Origin: Klebsormidium nitens
Taxonomy: Eukaryota; Plantae; Klebsormidiophyceae
Direction: 5' to 3'
NCBI GenBank assembly: GCA_000708835.1
Contig: DF237184.1
Location: 69,486-133,485 of the forward strand
DNA: 64,000 bases
Within the stretch, counting starts at the first letter, position 1; each line of letters starts with the position of its first letter. This document shows, piece by piece, positions 1 through 12,100 of this stretch. Below the pieces are notes generated by a model. That model was not told where the DNA came from and did not search any database. It worked only from the letters and a program-made list of their open reading frames with translations. The translations under genes and the position numbers were made by a program.

Positions 1-3000
1 GCTCTCAAACTCTCGTCCTCGGCCCGGGCCGTTCTGTCGCGCCAGTCGTAGAGCGCGCGAACGCACTCCCGGAAACGGAGCCCCTCCTCGGGATTTTGCG
101 CGCGCGCGTGCTGCGCGCCGACGGGCGTGCTGTAGTGGCGGGAGATGAGGGACGACGCCGAGGAAGAGCCGGGGGGCTCCTTTTCGTACAGCTGTAAGCA
201 GAGCCCGTTCGAGCGGCCCAGCACCTGGGTCAGCTTCTCTAGGCGAATCGCACGGGGCTTGTCAATGAGGTTGGTCTTGTCGGCCGTCCTGCTGATGTCA
301 TCGCCCGCTTTGCTGATGTCAGACATCGTTTCGCCAACGCGCACTTCAGCAGCCCTCTCGCCTACGTCAGCCTCTGCGCCTAGACCGCCTACTGGCCCTT
401 CCAAAGGCGTCTCCTCGTCCGAAGTTGCGGTTTCCTCCTCGGAACCTCTAGCCGTTCTTGTTTCTACCTCAACCACCGAGCCCCTCGCCGACTCTCTAGC
501 CTTCCCCTCAAGCAATTCCGCCCGCAGACGCTCCGCTATGTACACCAGATAATGCGCGTCCGTCCTCGCGTATTCCAACAGTTCCGGGGGGAGCGGCCGG
601 CGGCGCCAGTCGGACCGCTGGAACCTCTTATCGGACGTCACCCCACAGTAGCACTGTAACAGGAAGGCTAGAGATTTCTGGGGCTTGTCGAGCGCAATTG
701 CGGCCCGGTACGTGTCGAAGACGTTGACGGTGTAGATGTGGAAGTCCCGCTGGAGCCACACAATGTCGTTGTCGGAGCCATGGAAGACTTTGGTGATGCG
801 GGGCGAGGAAAACGGCGTGCGCAGCAGGTGCATGACGTCATGGAGGGCGAGCGTGTCAACAACGTAGTCGCAAGTTCGGGTGGAGATCTGCAGGAGCGCT
901 AGAAGCTTGAAAATGGCTGCGCTAAATTCAACTTTGGTTGTTCCAGCAAATTGGCCACAAGTCTTTTTGGGAGTGGATGAAGCTCCGTGGGAGAAGTAGA
1001 AGAGGTCCAGAGATAGGACGTGGTTCGTTGAGTTCTGAAGGAATCTTTTAAAAGCTAAACGAACAAGGGATGGGGTTTGACGATGAAGCTGCAGAAGAGA
1101 GTGCACACCTACGGCGCAATCTGGAGGGTTGGTTGTAACCAAATACCCAATACGTCATTTTTCCAACATTCATACGCACTTCGTCAAGTGCCTTCTTTTC
1201 AAACAAAAGACTGCAGGTTGCCGCAGATATCCTGGCGGTTGCAACGCCCTCACAAGAAGGGGCGGTAAAAGGCGAGACTTGTACTTCAAGTTTGATATGG
1301 GTGGCGCTGAGCAATGTTTGGCCTTGAGCTTGACATCTGCAAGGGTCGCGACTTGTCAAGTAATCTAGGGAATGAACTGGAGACGAACCTGGGGCTTGGT
1401 ATTATCAAAGAGGGGTCATCTCTACTGCCCCTACAGAACTACGTTAGAGTCAGCCAAGACGACTTTATTCGGAGACGGGGTCTGACCACCTCCTCACCTC
1501 CAAGCGGGATACGTGCACTGCCAGTTATTTACCTAGCTTGAGAACCGCGACATTTTTGTAACGCTCAGGAATCGGGCTCAAAACGCCGATTGGCGGCTGG
1601 GCGGTGGTCAACAAGCAGCAAACGAGATGAAACGGGAAAAAGGCCACAAACGAAAAACACGGTGTCATCGAACTTTGAAACGCTATGCAATGTCTTGGCC
1701 ACAGATCGATTGATGTTGCGGCTAAGCAGCCTGTCTGGCTTCATTGTCCTGTTTTAGTCGTAGAATATTGTGCTAGGCAGTTGGCACTGTCAACGCCACC
1801 GCAGATCCGACTAACTTCTCGCTAAGAAGAAAGATGAAACTGAGAAGCGCCCTATTTTGGTCAACTTTGGTCAGTCAATTGGCAGAGCGTTTTCAATTCC
1901 CTTCTTGCCAATATCCAAACCTCCACCCCTCACCCCTCAACTTTGTCGCAGCATACTCCACAGACTCAATTGTAAACCCAGTGTTAACCATGGTTTAACC
2001 TCACCTGCAGCAGTGCGGTGTACCCCAGGAACGAGTGCTGGCTGTGCTGCTCGGTGTCCACTCCAAACTCAGACACCTTCAAAAGCTCCGCAGCTAGTTG
2101 CTCCAGCTGATCTCTGCTCTGTACCCAGACGTACTCCACTTCCTCCAAGGAAGGCGGCTCTTTGACATGTTCGGCGGAGGCGGCTGCCAATAGCAGCTTG
2201 GAGGGGTTGTCGAGAAGAGCGCGAATCTCGGGGCCGTAGGGGTGGGGCTCCGAGGGATCTGGGGGGAAGGGAGCTTGCAAGTGAGTGCAAAGCTTGAAGA
2301 ACCGGTGGTGGGGTTTCTTAGTCCGGCCCAAGTGAGGTGAATCCAGAATTCAGTTCAATACAAACACTCAAGGAATGGCCTAACAAGATGTTGGGGCACC
2401 TTTTACAATGAACTCTAGGCCGCCAACTGACCACGCTGAGGAGTGAGATTGAACAGCGCGAGTAGATGTCTAGAAAGGCTACCCAAATGAAGCCCATGCA
2501 ACACAATCACAGCCAAGCCCTTGCTTCACAATCAGCCATTCACAGAATGACCTCTCAGACGAACTCAAAGAGCAACACAGGCACCGTGTGCATCAGTCAG
2601 TCTGAGGTGGTGCACGGATCAAGAAATGTAAAACAATCACCGGCCACTTATGTCCAAGACAGTAGTTCCTATTCAGCCAATCAGCAGTATACCCTCAAAC
2701 CAACTCAAAAAGGCAACTGAGAACCTTGTGTATCGGCGATCCTAGTGCACGCGCAAAGAATCTGAAGCCAATCAGCTGCCACAAGTTCTGTTCGAGACAG
2801 TGCTTCCTGTTCAGCCAATCAAAGGTATACCACCCAAGAAAGCAACACGAGAAGCTTGTACATCAGCCAATCTTGAGTGGGGCGCACATCAAGAATCTCA
2901 AAGGGATCACCGCCCACCTTGGCCTGGCCTCCTAAGGTGCACAAAGGGCCCCAGCTGGTTGTCCGCCAGCATCACCTTCCAATTGTTCTGCGGCTTTTCC

Positions 3001-3176
3001 AAAAACATCTTCCTTTTCCTTTTCCTTGAGCCAGTTCCTGAGTTTTCCCGTTGCTTGTAAGTCTGCCTCCAATGAAAGTAGAGAAGGGCGCCTGCCGCCA
3101 CTGCGGCAAGGCCTGCCACTACGATCGCCGTGCGGGCCGTATTAAACTGCGGGGCGCTGCTCACGGAAGATGCCAT
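1..3176 (-). CDS. RRP6L3: RRP6-like 3'-5' exoribonuclease (RRP6L3 type: N-terminal hydrophobic helix, DEDD exonuclease domain, start of HRDC); 3' end lies outside the window
   Basis: Exons 3176-2918, 2258-2005, 887-<1 with GT-AG introns and consistent phases (1,0). Motifs: KPQNNWKVMLADNQLGPFVHL, HPYGPEI, FGVDTEQHSQHSFLGYTALLQIST, VFHGSDNDIVWLQRDF, SDWRRRPLPPELLEYARTDAHYL, LYDWRDRTARAEDES. Confidence 0.9.
2510..2900. repeat. Degenerate tandem repeat, about 3 x 135 bp, in RRP6L3 intron 1
   Basis: Recurring blocks such as TTCAGCCAATCAGCAGTATACCCTCAAACCAACTC (~2671), TTCAGCCAATCAAAGGTATACCACCCAAGAAAGCAAC (~2810) and a weaker copy near 2530. Confidence 0.6.
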
Positions 3177-3363
3177 CAAGTGCAGCCCAGAGAAACACTG
3201 CTCTATGGTTTCCGGCGGCGAGTGGGGAAAGGATCCACTCCGTCAGAGTTGTTCAGCTCAACTACCGGCTACAGCAGCTCTGGAAGAGGCGCCCCCAGCT
3301 CACAATCCACTGATCGAAGTCTGAAGCTGCAGACTGCAGGGTCCAGGTGCATGCAGTGATTAA

Positions 3364-4320
3364 CACTAGAACCGTAAGTAAATGCTCACTTTAGTGAGCA
3401 TCTGCACTGCAAGCTTCGGACATCATTTCTGTGTTGGTTTTTTGACTTGTTGGTGCAAAACAAGTTATGGCATTGCAAAACATCATGTTTTGGACTAAAA
3501 CCGCCCTTGAAACTGAAGAAAATCGAAAACGACCTTCAATGGTGAAGTCAATATAGAAGATTAGTCGGACAAATATAGTGTCATTTTTACCAGGAGAATT
3601 AAGTGCTCACTTTTAGTGAGCACTTGTGGTTTTGTTGTTTTGGGGGGTCATATGAAGAAATTTCTCAAACCCACTTGGTACATGGTCAACCCAGACCCTA
3701 TGGGTCATAACTACCCCCTCAACGGGTTAGGTTAAGTTATTAACCCAAGATCTACAAACCACATTTGTCAATTCTGACCCTTTTGAAAAGTAGGGACTTG
3801 GGTACACAAATTGTGCTGAATTGAGTTGGAAAGCGTAGTCTGATGGTCTTTGAGGGTTGGTTTGGCTCTTACCAAGTTTCAAACCCAAACTCTTTGAAAA
3901 CCCACATTAAGCAGCAGCTACTAACCAGCTTATTTGATCTGGATAAAACTGGTGGAATTGCATGCATCCAAGATCCCCCAACATGTCGAAGTTCTGTAGA
4001 AGTGGATTTCTGGGGTCTTTAGGGTGCCTTGGACACACAAACGTCAAAAAATGTCAAGGAAAGTCTGTTCACCTAGTCAAAATCGGATTGCTTTGCTCTT
4101 GAACACTGTTTCAGGAATAAGGGAGTCTATAGGATAAATGGTTCCGAAAATTGCGGGGATCATCCCCATTTTTCGTGTACCGGGTCCCTTATAGGTACAT
4201 AAGTCCGCTTATGCCTTGAAAACTTTCCATCATATATGTTGACCATAATAGGCGGTGACTTTCAAAAAGTGCTCACTAAAGTGAGCATGCTCACTAAAGT
4301 AAGCACTTACGGTTCTAGTG
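3364..4320. mobile_element. Non-autonomous DNA transposon, piggyBac-like (TTAA target-site duplication), 957 bp
   Basis: Perfect 16-bp TIR CACTAGAACCGTAAGT (3364-3379) / ACTTACGGTTCTAGTG (4305-4320). TTAA lies on both sides (3360-3363, 4321-4324). Palindromic subterminal motifs TGCTCACT-n2/3-AGTGAGCA at 3382, 3601, 4269 and a variant at 4287. No transposase ORF. Confidence 0.85.
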
Positions 4321-5992
4321 TTAAGACATGTCACCAGTAGATGCGGGACCGGGTAGCTGAACCGGGCTTCCTTTTGTGGCAAAAGGTAACGCAAGTTGCA
4401 ACCGTTCCGAGCGGCAACGGCCGTCGCCAGAAGCGGGTGTGACGGTTCTGGCTGTGCCTGCCGGTTTTTGGGTTTAGCTGGGGAACAATTCAACAACCCT
4501 TATACCCGGGCTACAACCCCGGGTGGACTTGCTCATGCAGCACTCGAAGGTGCACGCAACTCATGCCAAATGAACACTGCAGGTGAAGGCCAGGTTGTCA
4601 GGCGAACTACCTAGAACGTTTTCCAATCTACTTGTCAATCCTTGCTTTTCTCCATTCTGACGCTTTCTCATTCGAAGGTTTGCTCATTCACGAATCCACA
4701 CCATTGATGAGGTGCATTGCGAGCTCACAAGTGCTGTGATGTGCTGGTCTGCATCCTGCCGAAATTCCAGTTCATAAAGCCGCCTGCGTATACAGCTGAT
4801 GGCTTGAAGTACAAGACAGATGGACGGGCACAGAAAGCAGGGGTGCAGCAGCTGGGCCGCCTTTCCGCCCGATGCCAACCTTGACGGGGTCCCCCAAATG
4901 CACGAGCTCTATCCAGGCCTTTGCAGCCACTTTAATGCTGTGATTGATTGGGCTGTGCGGGAGAGGCAAGAGAGAGAAGCGAGAGAAGCGCCGGCAGGTC
5001 TTGTAATTGGCAACAAGAAAACAAGTTGGTGGTCAGATTGCTTCGGGCGCCTTCAAAGTTAGAACAAATACAACCTACCCATCGTCCGCTTAGCTCCGAT
5101 GCCCAACTTGTGCTTGGGCGGCATGGATGTTTCTATGTTTCCTTCTCATATCCTTGCAGACACAACCCTCCTCTTTACAGGATGGTCCCTAAAAAGTTCA
5201 GAAACGGCTGAACGAGCACTTCAAGGTCACACGTTTATGTCATGTGTGCCTTCGACTTGAGTACGAACCTTGATCCGTCAGCACATGGCATGCATGCTGG
5301 CGCCATTTCAGCGTCGTAATTGCAAGACATTCACACGCGCGTTCGTTCATGGTGCCCGGCTAATCGTGAAATGCAACCTCAATACACATTCTGGTGCAAT
5401 TCGCTTGCACCTCCTGCACTCGCCCATGCATGTAAGCTCAACAGCATGTAAATTACTTGGTTCGGTGGGAACCCGTTGCATGTACGTACCACTTAAGTGT
5501 GTCGGTATACCTCTTCCAGCTCCGACTCAACTACATTCCCGACGCTGAGCTTTTGGAAGTATTTTTTGACCGATATTAGTGCAGAAAAGGCGCCTTTTGA
5601 CCCATGGAGTCTTTCGTACTATAGACGTGATGCAAGTAGAGGGGGAACTGATGTATGTAACCATATTTTCTTGGGGTGCCCAGATGATGCATGCAGTTGA
5701 GTGAAGAATGCAGCGAACCGGTCAAGATTTAGTGTGGTGCGCAGCGCATACCTTCTGCATGTTCTTCACGTTGACTGCCAAATCCGAACCGCCCATTGAT
5801 CGACGACAATCCGTTCGACTCAGAGGGCATGATCTGGTCATCTCGCATGCTACCAATACCAGGCAAGTAAGGTCACCCTCGGCGCTTGATGCAATCTACC
5901 ATCTAGGTCCGGTTGACAAGGCCTCCGCGATGGAAGACCGAGTCGCCTAACATGTACAAGTATCGAACCTCGTGTATAATCCAGTGTCCAAT

Positions 5993-7675
5993 TCAGAAGA
6001 GGTCATCATATGCGACGATGCTTCGGCCCCCTGCCGGTCCCCTCCCTTGCCTCTCTGCTTCTGTCTTCTGCTTTGCCAGAACGGCCGCGGCGGTGGCAGC
6101 GGCCACTTCGGCCGCCTTGCTGAGCGCATCCCTCTTGTCAATAATCCCCGCTTGAGGGTCAACGACGAAACCACCGACGCCGATCTTCCAGGCGGGCATG
6201 GCGCCCTGAGCCAACGACATGTACGGCTTGCGCCCCAGAATGTCGATGCTGTCCGCTGACTGAAGGGCCGTCTCCGCATCTGGTCGCGATCTGCATTGCA
6301 AAATTACAGGGCTGGAGTTTGACTCAAAGGGAACAAAGATCCTGTTTCCAGGGAGGGGGCGAGACTTGCGCGTCGGGAGACAAGAGGCGGACGAGATGAA
6401 GAATCGAAGAAGGCAAGGCTGCTAAGAGCAAGCACAGGCTACTGCTTGGCTGCTGACTGCCAACGTTCCTGACAACAAGCGCAGTTCCTGATCTCTAAGT
6501 AATGTGGGTCAGCAATCTCTCCATCGTGTCCTGCGAAGCTCAGCAAGTCTCTCTTGTCGAACATGTTCCATCATTAGCAGTCCAAAGTCTTGTTCGAGAG
6601 ACGTCGGACAGCCAAACGGAAGACGACTTACAACCACCTTCGGTTCCTTTCACTTCCAGAAACGACAATGACCTGCGCACCGCGCCCTTTCGACTTGACT
6701 AAGATTGAAGGAAAACCAGAGGGACAATTGGTGACTCCAGTAGGCAACAGCCCTCCCATTGTACGGCCAGAGTACGCTTCTCATCCATATTCACTCTCAC
6801 CTGAACGTAACGAACCCGTAGCACTGGCCCGTGATCATCTTGGCTTCCTTGACGTCTCCAAACCGCTCAAACGTCCTCCGCAAGTCCCACTTGCTCGTGT
6901 GCGCCTCAATGTCCCCCACATACAGCGTCGCCCTCTGGTCTTCTTCACTCGGGGTCCGAGGGGGCTGGTACCTCGCTCTTCGCCGGTCGGGCTCGAAACG
7001 GGGACTGCCCCTCCCTTCCCGTGCGCCCATTCGAAACTTCGTTTCAGCGGGGGATAGAGGCAGGTCTCCACTTTTCCGCCGCTTGCGACCCCTCTCATCG
7101 TCCTCCGCTGGGCTCGAACTGCGGGGATCCCTCTCAGCGCCGGACCTCTCCCGTTTCCCCCGGCGCCAGTCGGAACTCTCCGCTCCTCCACGCACCGACC
7201 TATTGTTTCGCTCTCTCCGCGTGTTTGTCGCAGGATCATCCCGCCGGCTCACCTCGCCCCGGTTGCTCTCATTGCGCTCCCTGTCAATCACACCCGCTTC
7301 GTGCATATCACTTTCACATGACGTCCCCCCATCTTGGCCTCTTTCTTTGGTGCCTTCTTCACTTACTATGTTCGCTGTAGCCGTGTCGCCGTCCACTCTG
7401 TTCATGAACTCACCGGAAATTTCCGCAGTGTCTCGATCAGACACCTCTCCATTCCTGCGTGCATTCACACCTTCTAATTCCAGTGCCCCCTCTGTCTCTC
7501 TCCCCAGAGCTGGAATTTTAAGACTTTCGGGGTTTGGTTCTCCCGTTGCAGCCGGTTTCCTTACACCACCCATTTGAGTGTCGCTCTCCTGACCGCAAAC
7601 TTCCGAGGCGTTCTCTGTCTGCAAATGAAAAATGGGACTCAGGCTGATAAGCAGAAGGCTTACCACCACCTCCAT
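5993..7675 (-). CDS. Single-RRM RNA-binding protein with an R/E/D/S-rich N-terminal region and C-terminal RSIVAYDDLF
   Basis: Exon 7675 (or 7573)-6801 and exon 6290-5993, joined by a phase-2 GT-AG intron. RNP2 TLYVGDI, RNP1 QCYGFVTF, then RSRPDAETALQSADSIDILGRKPYMSLAQ. The start codon is uncertain. Confidence 0.8.
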
Positions 7676-8366
7676 CGAACGCTTCCTTTCAGCTGACCGC
7701 TTTTGGAGGTGTTTCTTTTCAAGACCAAAACCACAGAGCTCCGACCATGTAGATATCCACTGATATACCTTTGATACACTGGTTTGGCATTATGGTTGTT
7801 ACACCTGAAGGTAGTTCTAAATGACCCTCATGAACGAACTATTGATCAAGGGTGCACATCTCTGAATGCAATTATCAAAGCGTGAGCGCTGACGGCGCTG
7901 ATCCGCACCAACAAGCGCTCAAGTTGTAGAAAAAGGTGGTTAAACAGGCTACGAGCTTCTACGCACTTCCTGCTTACTCAGACTTTCACATAGTATTGCC
8001 ACATTACTGCCGACCATTACCACGACAAAGAACTACTGTTTGAGCAGCCACTAAACCACCTCCAGGAATAGAAGCAAAGCTGTAATCCTCACCACTTCAC
8101 CATCATCAAAGCCTTTTGACACAAAAACTGAGACGCAATTGACCAAGAAGCAACTTTGACTTGGAGAGAGACTGGACAAAGGCAATGCGCTCACCGGAAG
8201 CTTCTCGTCTTCTGAAGCGGAATGCTTGCTTGGCCCGGAAGGCCTCTCAGCCAGAGTGCCCATCTCAAAACTTCTGTGATTCCCTAGCCCTGTCGGTTGG
8301 AACACACTGCTCTTGTGAAACAAATCCCTTTCCGCGGCCCGCCCCGCCCTAATCAGCGCTCTGATA

Positions 8367-8724
8367 GCATGGTCACATCTGAGCTTTGGAAAAAGTTTGG
8401 GAATTGCGCCCAAACAAATTCACGGTACCGAGAATGCCTTCCCGGTCACATCTACCAAGTTTTGGAAGTTCGGTAGCGAGGAGGGAACATTGAAAGCTCC
8501 CGTGATATCCGGGATAGTAATCATCGGATTATAGTACCAGTCTACGCACCGGTCTTTTCGGAAGCGCTAGCTACCGAAACCTCGGTACCGAACTTTTGCG
8601 GAGTCCCAGCGTTTAGGGTCGGGTGTGTTTCTCGGTACCGAACATCGATAAAATCGAGAGCTTGGTACCGAGAAAGCTCCAAATTTCACCGTCGGGACTC
8701 CAAAACGCGTAGATGTGACCATGC
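8367..8724. mobile_element. MITE, 358 bp, TA-flanked (Tc1/mariner-like target site)
   Basis: 14-bp perfect TIR GCATGGTCACATCT (8367-8380) / AGATGTGACCATGC (8711-8724), with TA on both sides. A third GGTCACATCT occurs near 8445, and there are four internal GGTACCGA motifs. Confidence 0.7.
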
Positions 8725-9168
8725 TATTAGTTTGAGTCTCCTTGTCCAAACCAATACTCCAAACCAATGCAGGGACCACATGCAGCAGGGGCCGGTTCCT
8801 GGAAACAAATAACAGAATGCGCTCAAACAATGTGGAACCTAGCGCAACAAGATTCTAGGCGTCAACTTTCCTTCTCCAGAAGCGCGCGATGCCTGTACAA
8901 AAATCGCGCCGATCGATGCTGACAGCTGGCTCCTTGCAGTGTGCACTACAGACTCATTAAAACAAAGCAGGTTGCCGTGGCTGCTGCTGAGCTGCGAGGA
9001 AGCTGTGTTCCCCAATTCCGTGACATTTGTTCAGTGTTTTCAAAGGGAAAGCCACTTCAAAGTGGACAGCTTTGGCGCACTTCCACAGAGTCCAACTTCC
9101 AGTTCAAACTTTGCTTCCTGCTTCTTTTGAAGTGATTCATCCGGTCAATTGCAGTAATAAGCGCCGCC

Positions 9169-12100
9169 ATGTCTGCCCCTCAGCGCACCAACGATCACGC
9201 CCCCTACCCGACCGGGGTCTCAAGCGCCGGTTTGCCCAACAGCAATCCCACCTTTGGTATTCCGGTCGCCGCCCCTTATGTTGCGGGAGACTCCACCAGA
9301 GTGAGCGGGGCCCCCGCCCCACCTCCTGGGACGGGAGCTCAGTCCGCCACCTGGCAGCAGCCTGCGGCGCCAGCTGGCGAGACATTCCACAGCAATGTTG
9401 CGGCCGGAGGAGCGCCGCCCGCAGCGGGGGGGCAGAGTGCGTACGTGCAAACGCAGCCGGTGAAAGGGAGTGAGTGCACCGCCCCTGCTCTTATAGCTGC
9501 TTGCTTGGATGTGAAACGGAATGTGGAAAGGGCTATTTCTCACCCGCTTCTGATCAGATAGATGCCAATAAATGGTCAAGATGACCATCCTATGTGGTCA
9601 TTGATCTGATTCTTGCATGCAAATGGAGATTTACAGGCATGGTGGTTGGCGCTGAGTTTCAAGACCTTGCTGGTGGAAGGAAATTGCATCTAGAGTGCTG
9701 GGCTTCATCAGTGATCTTTGAAATGTTTGTCCTTTAGTTGCACTCAACAATCCAATATGAGGGGTTCTGGAAAGTTTAGTCATGCTTTTTAAGTCCAGAT
9801 GCCATTTCACTGCTTGTTGTTCAGGGACAGCCCCATCGGTTTCTCTGACACTGGCGCCTCTTTTACTTTCTGGCGCAGACTTGTTTGACAAATTCGTCAC
9901 CCACAGCAAGATTGCCCTCAACCAGGCAGAGGACGTAGCGCGAAAAGCAGCAGGACACGGTGAGGCGTTCAAATGGGACAAAGCTTTTCCTTGTCCCTTG
10001 ACCAGGTCAGGCTAGAAAGTTCGGGGCAGTGCACACAGGCTGCGGTTGCAAGCAGTTTGTTAAAAGAGTAACTGACGTGGATATCGAGGCCAATTGACGG
10101 GCAGTGCCTAGCTGTAGATTCATTTACGAAGGTGTCGTCTTTTCACAGATGTTCCCTAAACAAAATGGTCTGATAGTTTGTCAAGAAGTGCACTATAGAG
10201 AAGCTGATTAGGAGTAAGCTATCTGTTGCAGTCATGGCCTGCTTCATGATCCAGAGACTGAGTGGCAATTTTAGATCTGCACTTTTGAATTGTTGGTTTG
10301 GTACCTTGAAAGTCTTTGTAAATAATATCCAACAGCTCTTAGTTGTCAGAAGCTGCAAAGCTAGCTTTTCGTAAGTTCATTCTTGAGGAGATTGACTACA
10401 GGAAATATGATCGTTTTTGTGGCTGTTGCAAACATGTTTGCAATTGCTAACCAATTGCGCGGAAAGCCAGCATCTGAGCCCAATGAAGAGACGCGACTGT
10501 TGGCGCCACGTGCGATGCGACTGTTGGCGCCATGCCCCGACTCAAGACCTGACTCAAAAGCTTCTGCAACTGGGATCAGACCTTTTCATTGTCATTCTCA
10601 TTTCGCTACAGTCAGCGCCGGGGGCACAACCGGCAGTTCGCTGTCCACTGTGTGGGGCAAGCTCGAGTCGGGCGCCAAGCAGCTGATGAAGGGCGGCCAA
10701 GAGCCCTTCTGGCGCGACATCTTCCACCCGGCCCCGAGCGAGACCCTCCTGGGAGGTGCGCTATGGTCTGTTTCCTTTTAAGGTTGTGCGACAACGACGA
10801 AATGCATTTTGGTCTCTGTTCCTGCTACAAACGCTTGCTGTGCGAGGGATACTTTTGCTTTTTGTTCGACTGCGTGCTGTGCAAAATAAGGAGTGTGCTT
10901 GCGTCGCCACTGTCAAACGCCGCTAGTGAATCGAAGTTTCAGGTGAAGGCGCTGTATCCGACAAATGAGCACATGTCGCGGGCTGATAAAAGAGCGGCTC
11001 GTGGCGGAAGCTCTGGCCTGTACTTGGAGGCTACGTCCCCCATGCAAGGGCGAAACCTGTGTGCCACAGGACGACCCGTATTAGAAATGGAGGAAAGGAC
11101 TTCATCATTCTGTTTCACCACATACCCGGCTAGAAAACTGAGAGGCATATTGGCCTGTAAAATACCTTCGTATCCTCGTCCCTTACTATTTGGGACAAGT
11201 AACTAGCTCCGGAGAGTCTCTGTCGCGTCACCTTGGCCCGGACTTTGAAAGGCCCTACTCTGACCTACAGACCCGTAATCGTGTGTCTTGTTTTTTGCTG
11301 CAGTCTATGCGACCCACTTCTCCACTGAGAGGGGCCCTGTGGCGGGGAACCTGTTCCTCAGCAGCGAAAACGCAGCCTTCTGCTCCGATAGGGCCCTGGA
11401 GTACCAGGCAGCACCGGGCGCCGTTCAGAAGGCATACTACAAGGTAAGAACCAGACTCGCGTCACCTGCAGAGTCCTATTTGGATTTTCTATTTTGATTT
11501 CCGAAAAATTTCGAACTTGTCCTTGTTCTAGTCCTTGTGGGAGTTGATGGACTCTCGATTGTCCCCGAGTCACGATAAAAAGCAGACTCCGGGCTGTTGG
11601 ATGCCACAAAGCGCACCACTCTGATGGGTACCATTCTCATCTAGACTTCGTTGCAGAACAGGTCCAGAAACATTCTCGAATATCTTAGCTCTTGCGTTCA
11701 TTCGTCGATCTGTTTTCGACTTGAGATTGGTCGTGCGCGCACTTCCAGTCGTCAACATTAAGCAGACCTTCCTCGGCTGTGGGAGACAAAAGTCACGTGC
11801 CCTTAAATCGAGTATCAGCCTTAAGGAAACAATCCTGTAGTCGTACCCAACTGTTTTACGTCATCTCGTTCTCGCAGCTGAATGTGCCGCTCGACAAGAC
11901 TGCGAAACCTTTTTCGCTGCCCAACATGAACTCGGCCGCTCTTACTTGCTGACGCTAAAACCAGCGCGTTGCGCCATCGTACTGCGTCTTCCTTACGTTA
12001 TCTGCTCTCCGCAGCATCATCCTGTTGCTCGACCATATCACGAAGTTGGAGACGCTGCTACCACGACACGTCTGCTCTTCCACATGCTCGTAGAGAAAAA

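Noticed and set aside
4684-5062. Short ORFs on both strands (e.g. 4820..5062 +, ending WWSDCFGRLQS)
   Set aside because: No family motif and no convincing exon chain; a small gene cannot be excluded.
8051-8413. 120-aa minus-strand ORF as an upstream exon of the RRM gene
   Set aside because: It starts inside the MITE, and no phase-consistent splice link to 7675 or 7573 was established.
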